From: Diplonema japonicum
Taxonomy: Eukaryota; Protista; Euglenozoa: Diplonemea
Length of the DNA stretch: 64,000 nucleotides
Assembly: GCA_964019335.1 (NCBI GenBank)
Contig: OZ025648.1
Location: 1,054,001 to 1,118,000 of the forward strand
Direction of reading: 5' to 3'
The notes under the pieces are model-generated. The model was not told where the DNA came from, searched no databases, and saw only the letters and a program-made list of their open reading frames with translations. Positions within the stretch are counted from its first letter, which is position 1; each line of letters starts with the position of its first letter. This document shows, piece after piece, positions 46,685-57,890 of this stretch. Both the position numbers and the translations under genes were made by a program.

Positions 46685-47957
46685 AAACATGAGGCAATTT
46701 GTTAAGTCTGGAGAAAGCGAAAACAGGGGGGGCAGCTTGAAATGATTGTTCTTAGAAAAGTTTTTTGTACTGTAGGCCTAACCTTTTTTTTTTTTCTTTT
46801 TTCTATTCTCTATGTGAAGTATTTTTATTTTTTTTAAAGTATACATGTAACCCTTGGAAAAAGGAGGGAGAATTGAGGGAAAGGGGGGTGTCATCACTTT
46901 CCTTGTATTTTTATTTTCCTCAAGAAGGGGGGGAAGTTACATGTAGTTGATACTCAAAGTTCATTTTTTTTTTAAGCCCTTGTGCTTTATTTTTCTCCCC
47001 CTCCAATTCTCACCGCTTGATTTTTGTTGATAAAAAAAAAAAAAAAAAAAAAAAAGAAGAAATAGAATTTATTAACGAGAAGAGAAGTTAGTACTACTGC
47101 TCTCCAAAAAAAAAAAAAAAAAAGTAAACAAAACAAAAAAAAGGGGGTGTATTTTTACTTTAGGTCCCTAGCCAGAAAAGAAAAGAAGGGAAAGAAATGT
47201 AATCAAGCATTTCGTTTCCCCCTCACAGTGAATTTTGATCGATCTGTGTACTTTCTTGTTGAAACAAAAAAAAAGGGAGGTTGCTAGCGGTCCTTAACAA
47301 ATTCAGTAGTTTTTTTTGGGGGGGGGTTTCTTTAACCGGCACGTAACCGGTCTTTTCCTGACCACCCAACTAAAAGAAAAGCGAAGAGAAAAAAGAAAAA
47401 GAAAAAAAAAATTGTGTTGTGAAGATATTTTTTTTCTCATGTGAATATAAAAAAAAAGAAGAGTTTTCCATCCGTTCTTACTGTCTTTTTTCTTTTTTTC
47501 TTCTTTCTTCCCCCCCCCCCCCCCGGTTGGGCTACAAGCCTTCCACAAAAAAGAAAAGTATGTCAAAACTAGTTCCCTCCCTTCCCCACCCCGTTTCCTT
47601 TTTATTTTTATTTCCCCCCCCCTCCTTTCCTTATTGTACTTTCCCCCTTTTAAGATTTCTTTTTTTATATTGTTCCCCCTATCTCTTTAACCTTTTTTTT
47701 TTGTCTCCTTGCCAAAAAAAAAAAGTTTTTTTTTTTAAAAAAAGGGAAAAGAGACTCCCCCCCTCCTCCTCCTCCTCCTCCTCCTCCCTCCCCAATTGTG
47801 AAACCACTCCCTTATTCTTTTCTTTCTTTCTTTCTTTCTTTTTTTTTTTTTTTTCCTATTGTTATTTTTGTATTTTTTTTTGTTCTATTTAAAGTAAACA
47901 CAAATGACAATTTCTCCAGGGCGAACACACACACACAAACACAAACAACAACAGAAA

Positions 47958-49112
47958 ATGGTACACGTGAAACCAACAAAGGCAGGGGAAATGTTGAAAT
48001 GCTGCGTGCTAACCTCGAACCTAGGCACCGCCGGAGAGGACGAAACTGGTGGGGTCCTAAAAAGGTGGGGAGAAGACGTGAGGCGGGTGGTCCAAGACAA
48101 CGACATAGACGTCCTCATGCTGCACCTCCAGGAAATAGGCGGCAAGGCCTACAACGAAAAATTCTACGAGGCCCTGGGTAGAGAAACCGAGGCTTCCCTG
48201 CTAAAAGAATCCGGTTGGAGCACAGGCCTAATGTCACATAACTGCAACGATGCTGACTTCACAGCAGTCGGCGCAATGGTGTTTGTCAAGGAACATGCAA
48301 TGCATAGAGTAGAAATTTACGACTTCATCGATAAAGAGTACAGCAACGGACTTCCCAAAACACTCGTTCAAAGCAGGCAATTTCTGTCAAAGAAATTCGT
48401 CGATGCAGGCGCCTCACGAAAAGGCTGGGTCCGTTACAGGCTACGGATAGACGGCCACGCCTGGGACCTCATAGCTATCCATCTTTACCACGATCACGAT
48501 AACTGGGTAACTTACAACAGCGACAACGGTAAAGGCCCGTCTGCTGAACGGAGAAGCAACGCGTTACGCGAATCCATTTTAGAAGTGGAACATGCTCAAT
48601 GCTCTTCAGGTTTAATACTAGCTGGGGACATGAATTTCCGTGTTGACGGCAAGTGCCTTGTTGAATCTGTTAAAAAACGAAGGAAGACAGCGGAGGTGAA
48701 AATCGACAAAAAGGAGTTTTCATGGGGGCCTGACCAACCGGTGGTGGAGAGTATGTACATTGATAATTGGAAGGATCTGATTGCGTCTTCTTGCAGGGAG
48801 GCGGTTCACAATATTGATAGGATAGAGAGGGAGCTTCAGGTACGGCTGTCGGAACAACCAGTTTCATGGCCGCCAAGCTATCCTCTTACTCCACCGTGCG
48901 ATCCCACTTCTCCTATAAAACTCGCTTATTCCGTGAAGAGGCTGCCGGCGTGGGCGGATCGGATACTGTACACAAGTACTCCTTCGCTCAAAAATATTGC
49001 TTACCGTTCTTTGACGTCTGCTTTGGATCATTCGTTGGTATTTTTGACGTGGGATTCAGATTTGCCCCCTTCTCACCCACAGATTGGGGAAGCTGAAGGT
49101 GTTTCGAGTTGA
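47958..49112 (+). CDS. INPP5A: Type I inositol polyphosphate 5-phosphatase-like (EEP fold)
   Basis: LTSNLG, LHLQEIGGK, SRKGW, IHLYHD, GDMNFR and PAWADRIL catalytic motifs. Confidence 0.85.
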   Translation: MVHVKPTKAGEMLKCCVLTSNLGTAGEDETGGVLKRWGEDVRRVVQDNDIDVLMLHLQEIGGKAYNEKFYEALGRETEASLLKESGWSTGLMSHNCNDADFTAVGAMVFVKEHAMHRVEIYDFIDKEYSNGLPKTLVQSRQFLSKKFVDAGASRKGWVRYRLRIDGHAWDLIAIHLYHDHDNWVTYNSDNGKGPSAERRSNALRESILEVEHAQCSSGLILAGDMNFRVDGKCLVESVKKRRKTAEVKIDKKEFSWGPDQPVVESMYIDNWKDLIASSCREAVHNIDRIERELQVRLSEQPVSWPPSYPLTPPCDPTSPIKLAYSVKRLPAWADRILYTSTPSLKNIAYRSLTSALDHSLVFLTWDSDLPPSHPQIGEAEGVSS

Positions 49113-49218
49113 GTCCTTTTTTTTTTTTTTTTTCTTTTTTGTTGTTGTCCCCCTTCCCCATTTTGTAATCCGGTTCAGTTTTTTTTTTTATAACAGGGAG
49201 CGGGGGGGGGGGGGGGGG

Positions 49219-49249
<31 letters not shown>

Positions 49250-49600
49250 AAACGTCCTCCTATATGTTTTTTTTTTATATTCCCTACCCCTTCCCCCCCC
49301 TTTTTTTTTCTGCTATTGTTTTTTTTTCTTTTTGTTTGTTTTTTTTTCTCTTTTTCTTCACCCTTTGTACGGACTCCCCCCGCTTTCCTTCTATTTCTCA
49401 TTCATTGTCCTTTTGTAATAAGTAATTTTGTAACTTTCTTAACACCAGCATATTTCACTCGGGCAAATAAAGGAGGGGGCGGCGGGAGTGTGTTCAGGGG
49501 GGAAGAAGGAAAAGAAGAAAGAAAAAAAAAAAACAATGGTAGATAGTCTTTTTAGAAAAAAAGAAGCAGAGATCGCATCTCCAAAAAAAAAAAAGGAAAA

Positions 49601-49634
<34 letters not shown>

Positions 49635-50192
49635 CTTTACTTCCCTCCACTTCTATGCCTTTTCCTCTGATTTCTCTTTTTTTTCTTTTTTACAGGTAGG
49701 TAGGCTTACTACCTAATTGCACCCTGTTTTTTTTAAGTTTTTTTTTTTTTTTTTTTTTTTGGTGGGCCGTTGCTAACCACTACGTTCCTATCATAGTGAA
49801 TTTTTTTTTTTTTCCTTCGGGGTCTTTTTTTCTCCCTTTTTTTCCCCCTTGGTAGTAATTTATTTTCGTTCTTTTTTTTTTTCTCTTCCCTTTTTTTCTT
49901 TTTTTTTTCCCCCACCTCACTGCTCTCACTGCCACTTTGCCATGTGGCACACCCGGGCAAGTCGTGCCACTCCCAAAAACTAATGGCAATTGCTCCTCAA
50001 CCGTCTAACAAACAACACCAAGTACAATCCCTCTAAAGAAAAATTCGCATTCTTTTTTTTGAGGGGGGATGATTGCAGAGTATTCCTCCCCCCCCCCCCC
50101 CCATATGATATAGAGGAGCTATTTCGCGTCCAGTGGCTGGGGGAACCTCTTTTTTTTTTTTTTTCTTCTTTTTTTTTTTTTCATACAAAAAT

Positions 50193-51002
50193 ATGAAGCT
50201 CCATTTTATTGGAGATATTCTGGAATATGTAAGCCGCCGACCGGGAAGCAGCAGGGGAATCACAAAAGAAGTCCTGAAGACAATCTGGTGTGCCACCGCC
50301 GAGTATATCGAAGGCCAGATTCTCTGCCGGAAGGGGGTCAACATCCCAGGTATCGCAACTATACTCCTGAAGCCGGTAGTTTCTGACGCTCTACTGTGGG
50401 GTAAGAAGACTGCCTGGGCACCGACTTTTCGGTTTCAAAGCAATTTCACGTCGCAGCACCAACTGGAAGGAAGTAAGTCCCTTGGCCTCACCATGCAAAA
50501 AGGAGGCTCAATATGCATAATAAGTTATTGCTGCCTAGCAGCTATGACAGGCCTCTCAAAGGATGTTGTGATGAACAGTTTGAAGGACATCTTCCGCTGC
50601 CTAGGCGACATGGCGTACAGGAAGGTGCCTATGTGTGTTGACGTTGGCTTTTGCAAGCTACATATATCAGGTAGGCGGTACGTTACTAAGTGGAACTCCA
50701 TTTTCATGAGGAAGGTGGCTGCGCTGGGAAGGCGTGTGAATAGGAGGAGGGTGGTGGCGCAGGCTACCTTTGCAATGTCTGGCACCTACGACGCTTCGTC
50801 CACTGACGTGTCCCTCCCCATCGATCTTGATGAAGTGCTTTCGTTCAAGTCTTCCACCAGACCTCGCAAGACAGGCCGTCCCCTTACACCCGCCCCACCT
50901 TCTACCGCACGTAGCTCTGTGGCCTCCCGGCCGCATTCCGCCCTCTCTTTCCGCCCGTCCATTTCTACACCTATATTAGCTCAAGGAGCTGAAAAAGAAT
51001 GA
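50193..51002 (+). CDS. CCDC81-like HU-domain protein
   Basis: IW..TAEYIEGQIL.RKGVNIPGIATI...PTF, followed by ISY..LA..TGLSKDVV...L.DIFR.LG...VDVGFCKL, the two-part HU-CCDC81 pattern. Confidence 0.7.
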   Translation: MKLHFIGDILEYVSRRPGSSRGITKEVLKTIWCATAEYIEGQILCRKGVNIPGIATILLKPVVSDALLWGKKTAWAPTFRFQSNFTSQHQLEGSKSLGLTMQKGGSICIISYCCLAAMTGLSKDVVMNSLKDIFRCLGDMAYRKVPMCVDVGFCKLHISGRRYVTKWNSIFMRKVAALGRRVNRRRVVAQATFAMSGTYDASSTDVSLPIDLDEVLSFKSSTRPRKTGRPLTPAPPSTARSSVASRPHSALSFRPSISTPILAQGAEKE

Positions 51003-51220
51003 TTTTTTATTTTAAAAAAAAAGGGGGGGGGTATGTGTTCGTGTGCATTTACATGCGCTGGAGTTTTCTTTTTTTTTTTTTTTGAAATTTATTTTGTCAC
51101 GCGCCATTTTTTTTTTGTGTTGTAGAGGTTTGGCTAAAGAAAGAAAGAAGAAAGATAACGACGAAACAGAGGGGGAAAAAAAATGCGTGTGGGGTTGGGG
51201 CTGGAAAATTAAACAGAGGC

Positions 51221-54200
51221 ATGCTGTATAATGTGAGTACTTTGGGGGCCCTACTCCTTTTTTTTTTTTAAAGAAAAGGGGTTGATTTCATTTTTAACGG
51301 TTTGTACCACACCAGGTGCCAACACACGAGATGGATGATCTAGAGCCACGTCGTGACGACAGCGCAAATGGACTTGGCGGGCGAAAAAAGAGCTCACTGA
51401 AAAGCAAGAGATCCTCGAAGGAGATGGAACTGGCGTTCATGCTGGGGTCGCTTCAGACAGGAGACACGGTAGAGCTGGCCGACATGAACGGCGTGAGCAT
51501 GATGGAGACCGCTGAAATAGAAAACCCCCTCGTCGCCCCGAAGGCAGAGGGGAAAAGGAATTCAATGGAAAGGATCGAAACCATCGAGGATAGAAGGCGA
51601 TCAAGCATCATAATGCCCAGAAGGCTTTCCGATAACACAAGGCGGCCCCGAAGACGGTCATCTACTCAGATAGACGAGCACCTTGAAGCAGGGCACATGA
51701 AACCCATCCACTCCAGCCCGAGGATCATTAGAGCACGGTCAAAAACCCTTTCGGGCGGTGCCCTACTCCCTGTAACATCCCCCTTGCCCAGGTCTCCTTT
51801 GTTCGGCGAGACGATGATACTTCCAAAGGGACCAGTCAGACAAGCAACCATCATATCGCAAGAGGAGGGCCCGAGATCGCCGTTCGCAGGAGCGCTGTCT
51901 CTCAGTCTAGGTCCGCCCAATGAGCTTCACATGTTGTGGGACAACTTGGACACCACAAGGAAAGGGTTTCTTTCTTACGAAGAGGTAGGGAATCTACTGG
52001 CAGAGCTTGGTGTGGAGATGGACGACTGGAAGGAGATGGAATTCTACCACCTGATCGACACGGATAGGAACGGGAAGATCACGTTTGCGGAGTTTGCAGC
52101 TGCGTTCATGAAGTTCAAGACCTCAGGTCAGTTCAAGACGGTGTGGTCGTCTGTACGTCTGGCGTGCAGCCTGGCAGCCAGGTCGGGTGTCACCGCAGAA
52201 CAAGTCGTCAAGGTCTGGCAGCGTTATGACAAGGAAAGCGACGAAGAGCTCGGTGCCGAGGAAGTCATGCAGCTTCTTTCTGACCTCGGCCTAGAGCACA
52301 CTCTCGCCGAAGTAGAGGAGGTGGTGAAGGAGTTCGACGTCGATAACTCCGGGAAGCTGTCGTTCCAAGAGTTCGTGAGCATGTTCACCGGCAGGACGCA
52401 GCTTACCGATGATGAGCACCGCTTTGACAGCTGGATGAACGAGGTGCGTACTGTGATAGCTTCACGCCAAATGCACTCACGATCTGTCTACAAGACGAAA
52501 GAGCAGGTCTACGTGGAGAACGCGGAGGAAAGAAAGCTCTGGTATGAAAAGACGTACGTCTACCTCTTATTCTTTTACGCTATGTTCAACTTCCTTGTCC
52601 CTCTTTTTCTCATCTGTTTGAACCGGTTGCCTCTCCCCCTCGCCTCCGCACCCCCCATCATCTACGTCATGCTCGGCACGGATATCATTGCATACTGGTG
52701 GGTCTATATCAACTTTCACCTTCCGAAAGAAAATAACGGTGCGCCTGTGTACGACCCGCCGTCGATCAGGAAGCTGTACTTGAACTCCCGTTTCGCGTTT
52801 GACTTCTTGATTATCCTGCCGTTTGAGCTTGTTGTGGGAATTGTATGGCAGGGAGGCTTCTTGCACCCCGTGTTCCGCCTGAATAAGTTGCTGCTGGTGT
52901 GGTACATGAACGGGTGGTTCGGGCTGTGCTTCAACAGGTTCCTGGGGCCCACATGGGGACGCATTGTGAACGCGTTGTACTGGTGGGCGATGATGGCGCA
53001 TGTGGTGGCGTGTGTGTTCAATGTAGTGGCGATATACGCGGGTGACGAAGACACGAAAATAGTGCTCACTGTGTCTGGGTACTCAGAGCTGTCTATACAG
53101 CACAGATACCTGCAAGCATGCAGCTATTCGGTCAACACCATGGCGGGGCTCAGCAGGGGTGTCTTCCCGCAGAACGACGTGCAGGCGGTGTTCGCATTGT
53201 TCGTCGTCATTATCGGTGTGTTCGTGTACGCCTTGGTGTTAGCTGTAGTGTCTTATGGCCTTTCTGTAAACACCCAAGAAGCCAAGTTCAGGGCTATCGT
53301 CGATGAGGTGAAGGATGTTCTCTCCTCTGAGGTCAATGCAGGCCGTCTCTCATCGTCCTTTGTGCAAGAAGCTGTTGCGTATCACAAGCACGTCTTCACC
53401 TCTACAGGTCTCTTCCACATCGATGAGGACCTGTTGTACGACCTCCCTCCACAGCTGTCTGTCAGCATCGCGCTAGTGGTCGGGAAGCAAACCATTGGAA
53501 GGGTGCCCATCTTCTCGTCGGTGTGTTCCTCAGGAAACGAAGAGTTCATCTACGCCCTGCAACAGTGCCTCCGCCTAGTGGTGTCCCCGCCGAACTACGA
53601 CATTATAGAGAAAGGTGCGGAGGGGCGGGAGATGTACTTCATCACGTCAGGGTGCTGTTATGTGATGAACGAGTTGGACAATGTAGTGCATGTTTTGAAG
53701 CCGGGGGACATGTTCGGGGAGATTGCTTTGCTAGCGTCGGTGCCGAGAACGGCGACCATCCGCGCGGCGGTGTTCTGCAACCTGTTAGAGTTGCAAAGGG
53801 ATGACTTCGATCTTGTGATGGGGAGCTTCCCGTCTCTGCTGAAGTCGATAGAGTCGCAGGCGAGGGACAGGATACGCGTCATCAGGCGGTCGACGTTGCG
53901 GAGAAAAACTATGGAAGGTTTGGATTCAGGGTCGCCACTGGGGAGTGAACCGCAGACGACGGTGGAAAGAACGAGTATCTCGCCGTCGATGAACTCTGCG
54001 TCATCAGGGAAATCGTCTTCATCGTCTGGAGATTCGGAAGGCGACTTGCTAGATTGGATACGGAGGAACAGCAAGAGAATGGTGTCAACCAATTCAGGAG
54101 TCATGAAGAAAGGACACTGGGGGTCACAGCGGAAGAAAGCGTCCCTCCGACGTGTGTCAGTGAGGAGCAACACAGACAGCGCAGCCGACAACGCATCTCC

Positions 54201-54465
54201 CCGGGGGTCTGTGTTCTCCACGCTCCTTTCTACAGTGGGCAGCCCCGAGGATGATTCTTTACTCGTACCTTTCCCTGTAGACGCGACTAACCCGGTAAGA
54301 AGAGTAACTCTCGCTCAGCAAGAGCCAAGCCCGTCAGATGATGTTGGAACGAGCTGGCCCACAGTCGCTGGCCCGATGCATCCTGAACCCGTTAGGGCCC
54401 AACCTGATTTGCAGAGTCGGAAGCACCTTTCAAGTCTCACTAATCAGCTAGATCCAATTGACTAA
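51221..54465 (+). CDS. Cyclic nucleotide-gated-like cation channel with N-terminal EF-hands; putative 12-nt first exon and intron 51233-51315
   Basis: EF loops DTTRKGFLSYEE, DTDRNGKITFAE, DKESDEELGAEE and DVDNSGKLSFQE. Six-TM region, C-linker (LLYDLPPQL), CNBD IIEKGAEGREMYFI...FGEIALLASVPRTATIRA. Alternative start at ATG 51331. Confidence 0.85.
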
Positions 54466-54716
54466 TATGTATGAAGCATCTCTTTTACAAGAGGATGCCA
54501 GCTCTTTCCCCCTCTTTTTCTTATCTATTTTTCTTCTTTCTTTTCTTTTTTTATTTCTTCTTCCCCCCACTACTCACACCTTTGCTCATACCCGTTGTCC
54601 CGTTCTCCTCCGTTCTAATTCTTTATTTTCAACACACTACGGCGGTTTTTGTTTGTTTTTTTCCCCTCCCACCGGTTTTAAATGCCCACAGGAGGGCGGT
54701 GCCGCCTGTTAATCAC

Positions 54717-56831
54717 ATGGCGCACTTAGAAAAAGAGAGAAAGCTGTACGAGGTGCTCGGTCTTGGTGGGGGTGCGACCGTGGAGCAGGTGCGGAAGGCA
54801 TTTAAACAAAAGGCTGTCGTGATGCATCCCGACAAGAACCCCAGCAAGAACGCGTCCGAGATGTTCAAGAACATCAACCACGCGCACCAGGTCCTGACCG
54901 ACCCCGTCAGGAAGGGCACCTACGACAAGATATGCAACTCTGAAGCCACCAAGTTCGCACAGAAAGCCTACAAAAGCAGCAACTACAACGACATCGAGGC
55001 AGCAAGAAAGCAACGCGAGCAGGAGCTCTACAAGAGAAGAGCTTCCCGTGATGCCGCCCGCCAAGGAGAGGTAAAGCGCTCCGGTTCTTCGACCATGGGC
55101 GCTTCACAGAAAGAGTACTGGAAGAGCAAGGACAAAGAGAGAGACCGAGAGTTTGCCTCAAAGTTCAACCGAGACAAGGAGTCCCAAAGACTTGCAGAGT
55201 TAGAAAGGCAAAGACTTTTAGACCTATCAAAACAGAGGACGGAAGAAGGAAGGAAAAGAGAGGCAGAGAGAAATCTCCAACGCACAAGGCAGCAGGAAGA
55301 ACAGAGAGACAAGGCCAAGGAACAGGAAATGAAGAAAAGACACTTGGCGGACCTGGAGCGAGTAAGGCAGGAGGAGGCCAGGAAAAAGGAGCTGGAGAGG
55401 CAAATCATACGTCATCAAAAACAAGCGGAGAAGCTTCGGGAGCAGAAGATAGTTGAGGCACAGGAGCAGGAGAGGCTTGCAAAGCTAAACGAGCGGACAA
55501 GGACCGCAGAGTTGGAGGAGACAGCAAGAAAAACCATCCAGATTGAGCAAGTCAAAGCAAGACGAAGGCTAAGGGAACACCACGGGGTGGGGCTAACGGA
55601 CGTGAAACATGCTGAAGAGCGTGAGGATGTAGAGGAGGAGGAGGACGTTCACAGGGAGTCTGTGAACAGTTTGGAAGCTTTCAAGTACTCGCTGCTGTCG
55701 ACGGAGAAGGCTGAAAGCAAGCAAAGGGTCACCATCGACTGCGACTATCAACAGTTCCTTGAGGGCGTGTCGCTGGACTGCAGACAAGCGGATCAGTACT
55801 GGAGACATGCATACAGCGCCAGGAGGTCGGTGGAATCCGCCTGCTGCGCAGGGATGGCTACCATCGCGTGCGAGGCTGATGACAGGCTTCCCCAGCACGC
55901 CCTGTTCCACTGCGAGATCCACTCCCGTCTGGATGTCATGTCCACCTTCGACAACGTGCAGAGGTGCATCCACACCATCATGAAGGAGGACGAGGCCGCA
56001 CTCTCGCAACTGCTGTCCATCAAGACCACGGAGACCATTACAAGGAAGGACCTCGAGATCAACTGGCAGGCCTCGGTAGACCTTGTCAGGCAGGAGATGG
56101 AGATCATTGTCCTTGAGGACTCTGCAAGGAAGTACATTTTGCTGGACGAGGAGAGGGAGCTGGCGTGCAACAGCGAGCTCGCGGAGATTGCGAAGAAGAG
56201 GCGACAGGGTGACGAGGAAGCTCAAAGGATCAAAGCGGAACACGCTGAGATGCAAGAGACGATTAGGAGGTTGATGCAAGAGAATGCAGGCCTGACAGAG
56301 CAACTGAAAGTGACGAACAACTACCTGGACTGTTTTAAGAGGGAAACAGAGCAGGAAAGGATGAACCAGGAAAGGAAACTGACAGCAATGAAGGATGAGA
56401 ATTACATGTTGCAAGCAGAGGCAAGGACAAGCAGACTGGAGAAGATTAAAGAGAAGGAGAAAGAGAAGGGAAAAGATGCGGAAGTCACAGTGTCGACGCC
56501 TACGGCCTCGCGCAAGAGGAGTACCTCCACGAAGCCCCCTGGGTCGCCCTCGAGCACCACCAGCAAGCGATCGGCCTCAAGAAGTTCAGTTACAAGAAGG
56601 CGTAGGTCTGTGCCTTCGTCTTCTAGTGGTGGGTCTTCTGGCAGTGCTTTTAAGAGACAGGTCTCTCTTCCCCGCCAGTCTTCTGCATCACCCAACCCCC
56701 GTCTGTCCAGCCCCATGACCCCTACTAGAAAGACAGAGTCCTGGAGAGACAAACACTCCCGCACTGTTCTCCTGTCCGGCGCTGATGACCTCTCGACGTC
56801 CCACCGTCCGTGTCCCGTGAGACGGGTTTAG
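54717..56831 (+). CDS. J-domain (DnaJ class C) protein with long coiled coils and a Ser/Arg-rich tail
   Basis: LYEVLGL...VRKAFKQKAVVMHPDKNP...FKNINHAHQVLTDP.RK.TYD, with an intact HPD motif. Confidence 0.9.
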   Translation: MAHLEKERKLYEVLGLGGGATVEQVRKAFKQKAVVMHPDKNPSKNASEMFKNINHAHQVLTDPVRKGTYDKICNSEATKFAQKAYKSSNYNDIEAARKQREQELYKRRASRDAARQGEVKRSGSSTMGASQKEYWKSKDKERDREFASKFNRDKESQRLAELERQRLLDLSKQRTEEGRKREAERNLQRTRQQEEQRDKAKEQEMKKRHLADLERVRQEEARKKELERQIIRHQKQAEKLREQKIVEAQEQERLAKLNERTRTAELEETARKTIQIEQVKARRRLREHHGVGLTDVKHAEEREDVEEEEDVHRESVNSLEAFKYSLLSTEKAESKQRVTIDCDYQQFLEGVSLDCRQADQYWRHAYSARRSVESACCAGMATIACEADDRLPQHALFHCEIHSRLDVMSTFDNVQRCIHTIMKEDEAALSQLLSIKTTETITRKDLEINWQASVDLVRQEMEIIVLEDSARKYILLDEERELACNSELAEIAKKRRQGDEEAQRIKAEHAEMQETIRRLMQENAGLTEQLKVTNNYLDCFKRETEQERMNQERKLTAMKDENYMLQAEARTSRLEKIKEKEKEKGKDAEVTVSTPTASRKRSTSTKPPGSPSSTTSKRSASRSSVTRRRRSVPSSSSGGSSGSAFKRQVSLPRQSSASPNPRLSSPMTPTRKTESWRDKHSRTVLLSGADDLSTSHRPCPVRRV

Positions 56832-56972
56832 GGAAGGCACAATAGGAGGTGGTATTTGATAGATCTTTCATCAGTTGTTTTTTATTTTTATTTTATTCCA
56901 CATTCTTATTATTCTCCCCCCCCCCCCCCCCCCCGATCAATCCTGTGTGTGAGATCCACTTTTTTTTATTTG

Positions 56973-57210
56973 ATTGGAGGAAAGGCAGCTATTGGTTTCT
57001 CCAGGAGGCCTATTTTCGCCACCCGCTCCACGCACGACAAGCTAATGGAATTGAAAGCCGACTACAAGCGGGACCGCATCACACGACTCCGCAAGACGCT
57101 CACGGCCTCAATCGGAATGAAAGCAATGCTCCAGAAGGGGAGTATTAACAGATAGACCCCCCCCTCCCATAGGGCGGCCCTCTAGCGGGGGGCTTGTCCT
57201 GTACTTTGAG
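56973..57210 (+). mobile_element. 238-bp 5'-truncated retroelement copy, apparently identical to 40226-40463
   Basis: Direct repeat from ATTGGAGGAAAGG to GTACTTTGAG. Candidate 9-bp target-site duplication TTTTTATTT at 56963-56971 and 57211-57219. Confidence 0.9.
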
Positions 57211-57890
57211 TTTTTATTTTATTTATACACCTATCAACCCGACCTTCTCCCTCTTTTTGTCTAGGTGACCCCTTCTTCTCCCCTTTCTTCTTCTCCTTTT
57301 TATTAAATGTCTTAGTGAGGATTGTATTATTTCTCTCTTTTTCTTTTCTTGGTGATACTCCCACCGGCAGCACGGTGTGCTCCCTTCCAAACCCTCTCAC
57401 TCCTTCCAAGCCCCAAGCACAGCACCGGGGAGGACTTCGTGATGTGGTGGTGCGGGTAGAGGAGCACCCGTTGTTTCCTAGGAACTAGTCATTGAGGCCA
57501 AGTGCGTAATTCAAAAGCATGTTAAAAGTAACCTTTTTGTTTTGTGTCTTTTATTTCTATTTTGCTCTTTTCCCCCTCCCCTTTTTTTCTTTTTCATTCC
57601 ACCCGTCCCTCTCTCCCTTTTCCTGTTCTTTTTCCTGATTTCCAAGAAACGAGGGAAAAAAAGGGAGTGGGGGGGGGGGGGGGGGAAGAGGAAAAAAAAG
57701 AAGGAAAAGAAAAGCAATCCCTCAAGAAGAAAAAGAATCCCTGTTCATACCCCCCCCTTTGTGTTTTCCACCCACCCCCTTTTTTTTCCCCCTGGGTTGT
57801 TAATGTTATGTGTAATAAAAAAACTTCTCTGCGGGGAGGAAAAAAAAAGAAAAAATAACAAAGGTCGCAAAAGAAAAAAAGAAAAGACAA

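Noticed and set aside
36778-49112. Functional phosphate/inositol-phosphate cluster (EXS exporter near the 5-phosphatase)
   Set aside because: Unrelated genes lie between them, and euglenozoan polycistronic units are generally not functionally clustered.
57350-57510. GC-rich island with small palindromes, possible ncRNA/snoRNA
   Set aside because: No convincing C/D or H/ACA box arrangement, tRNA cloverleaf or repeat partner in the window.
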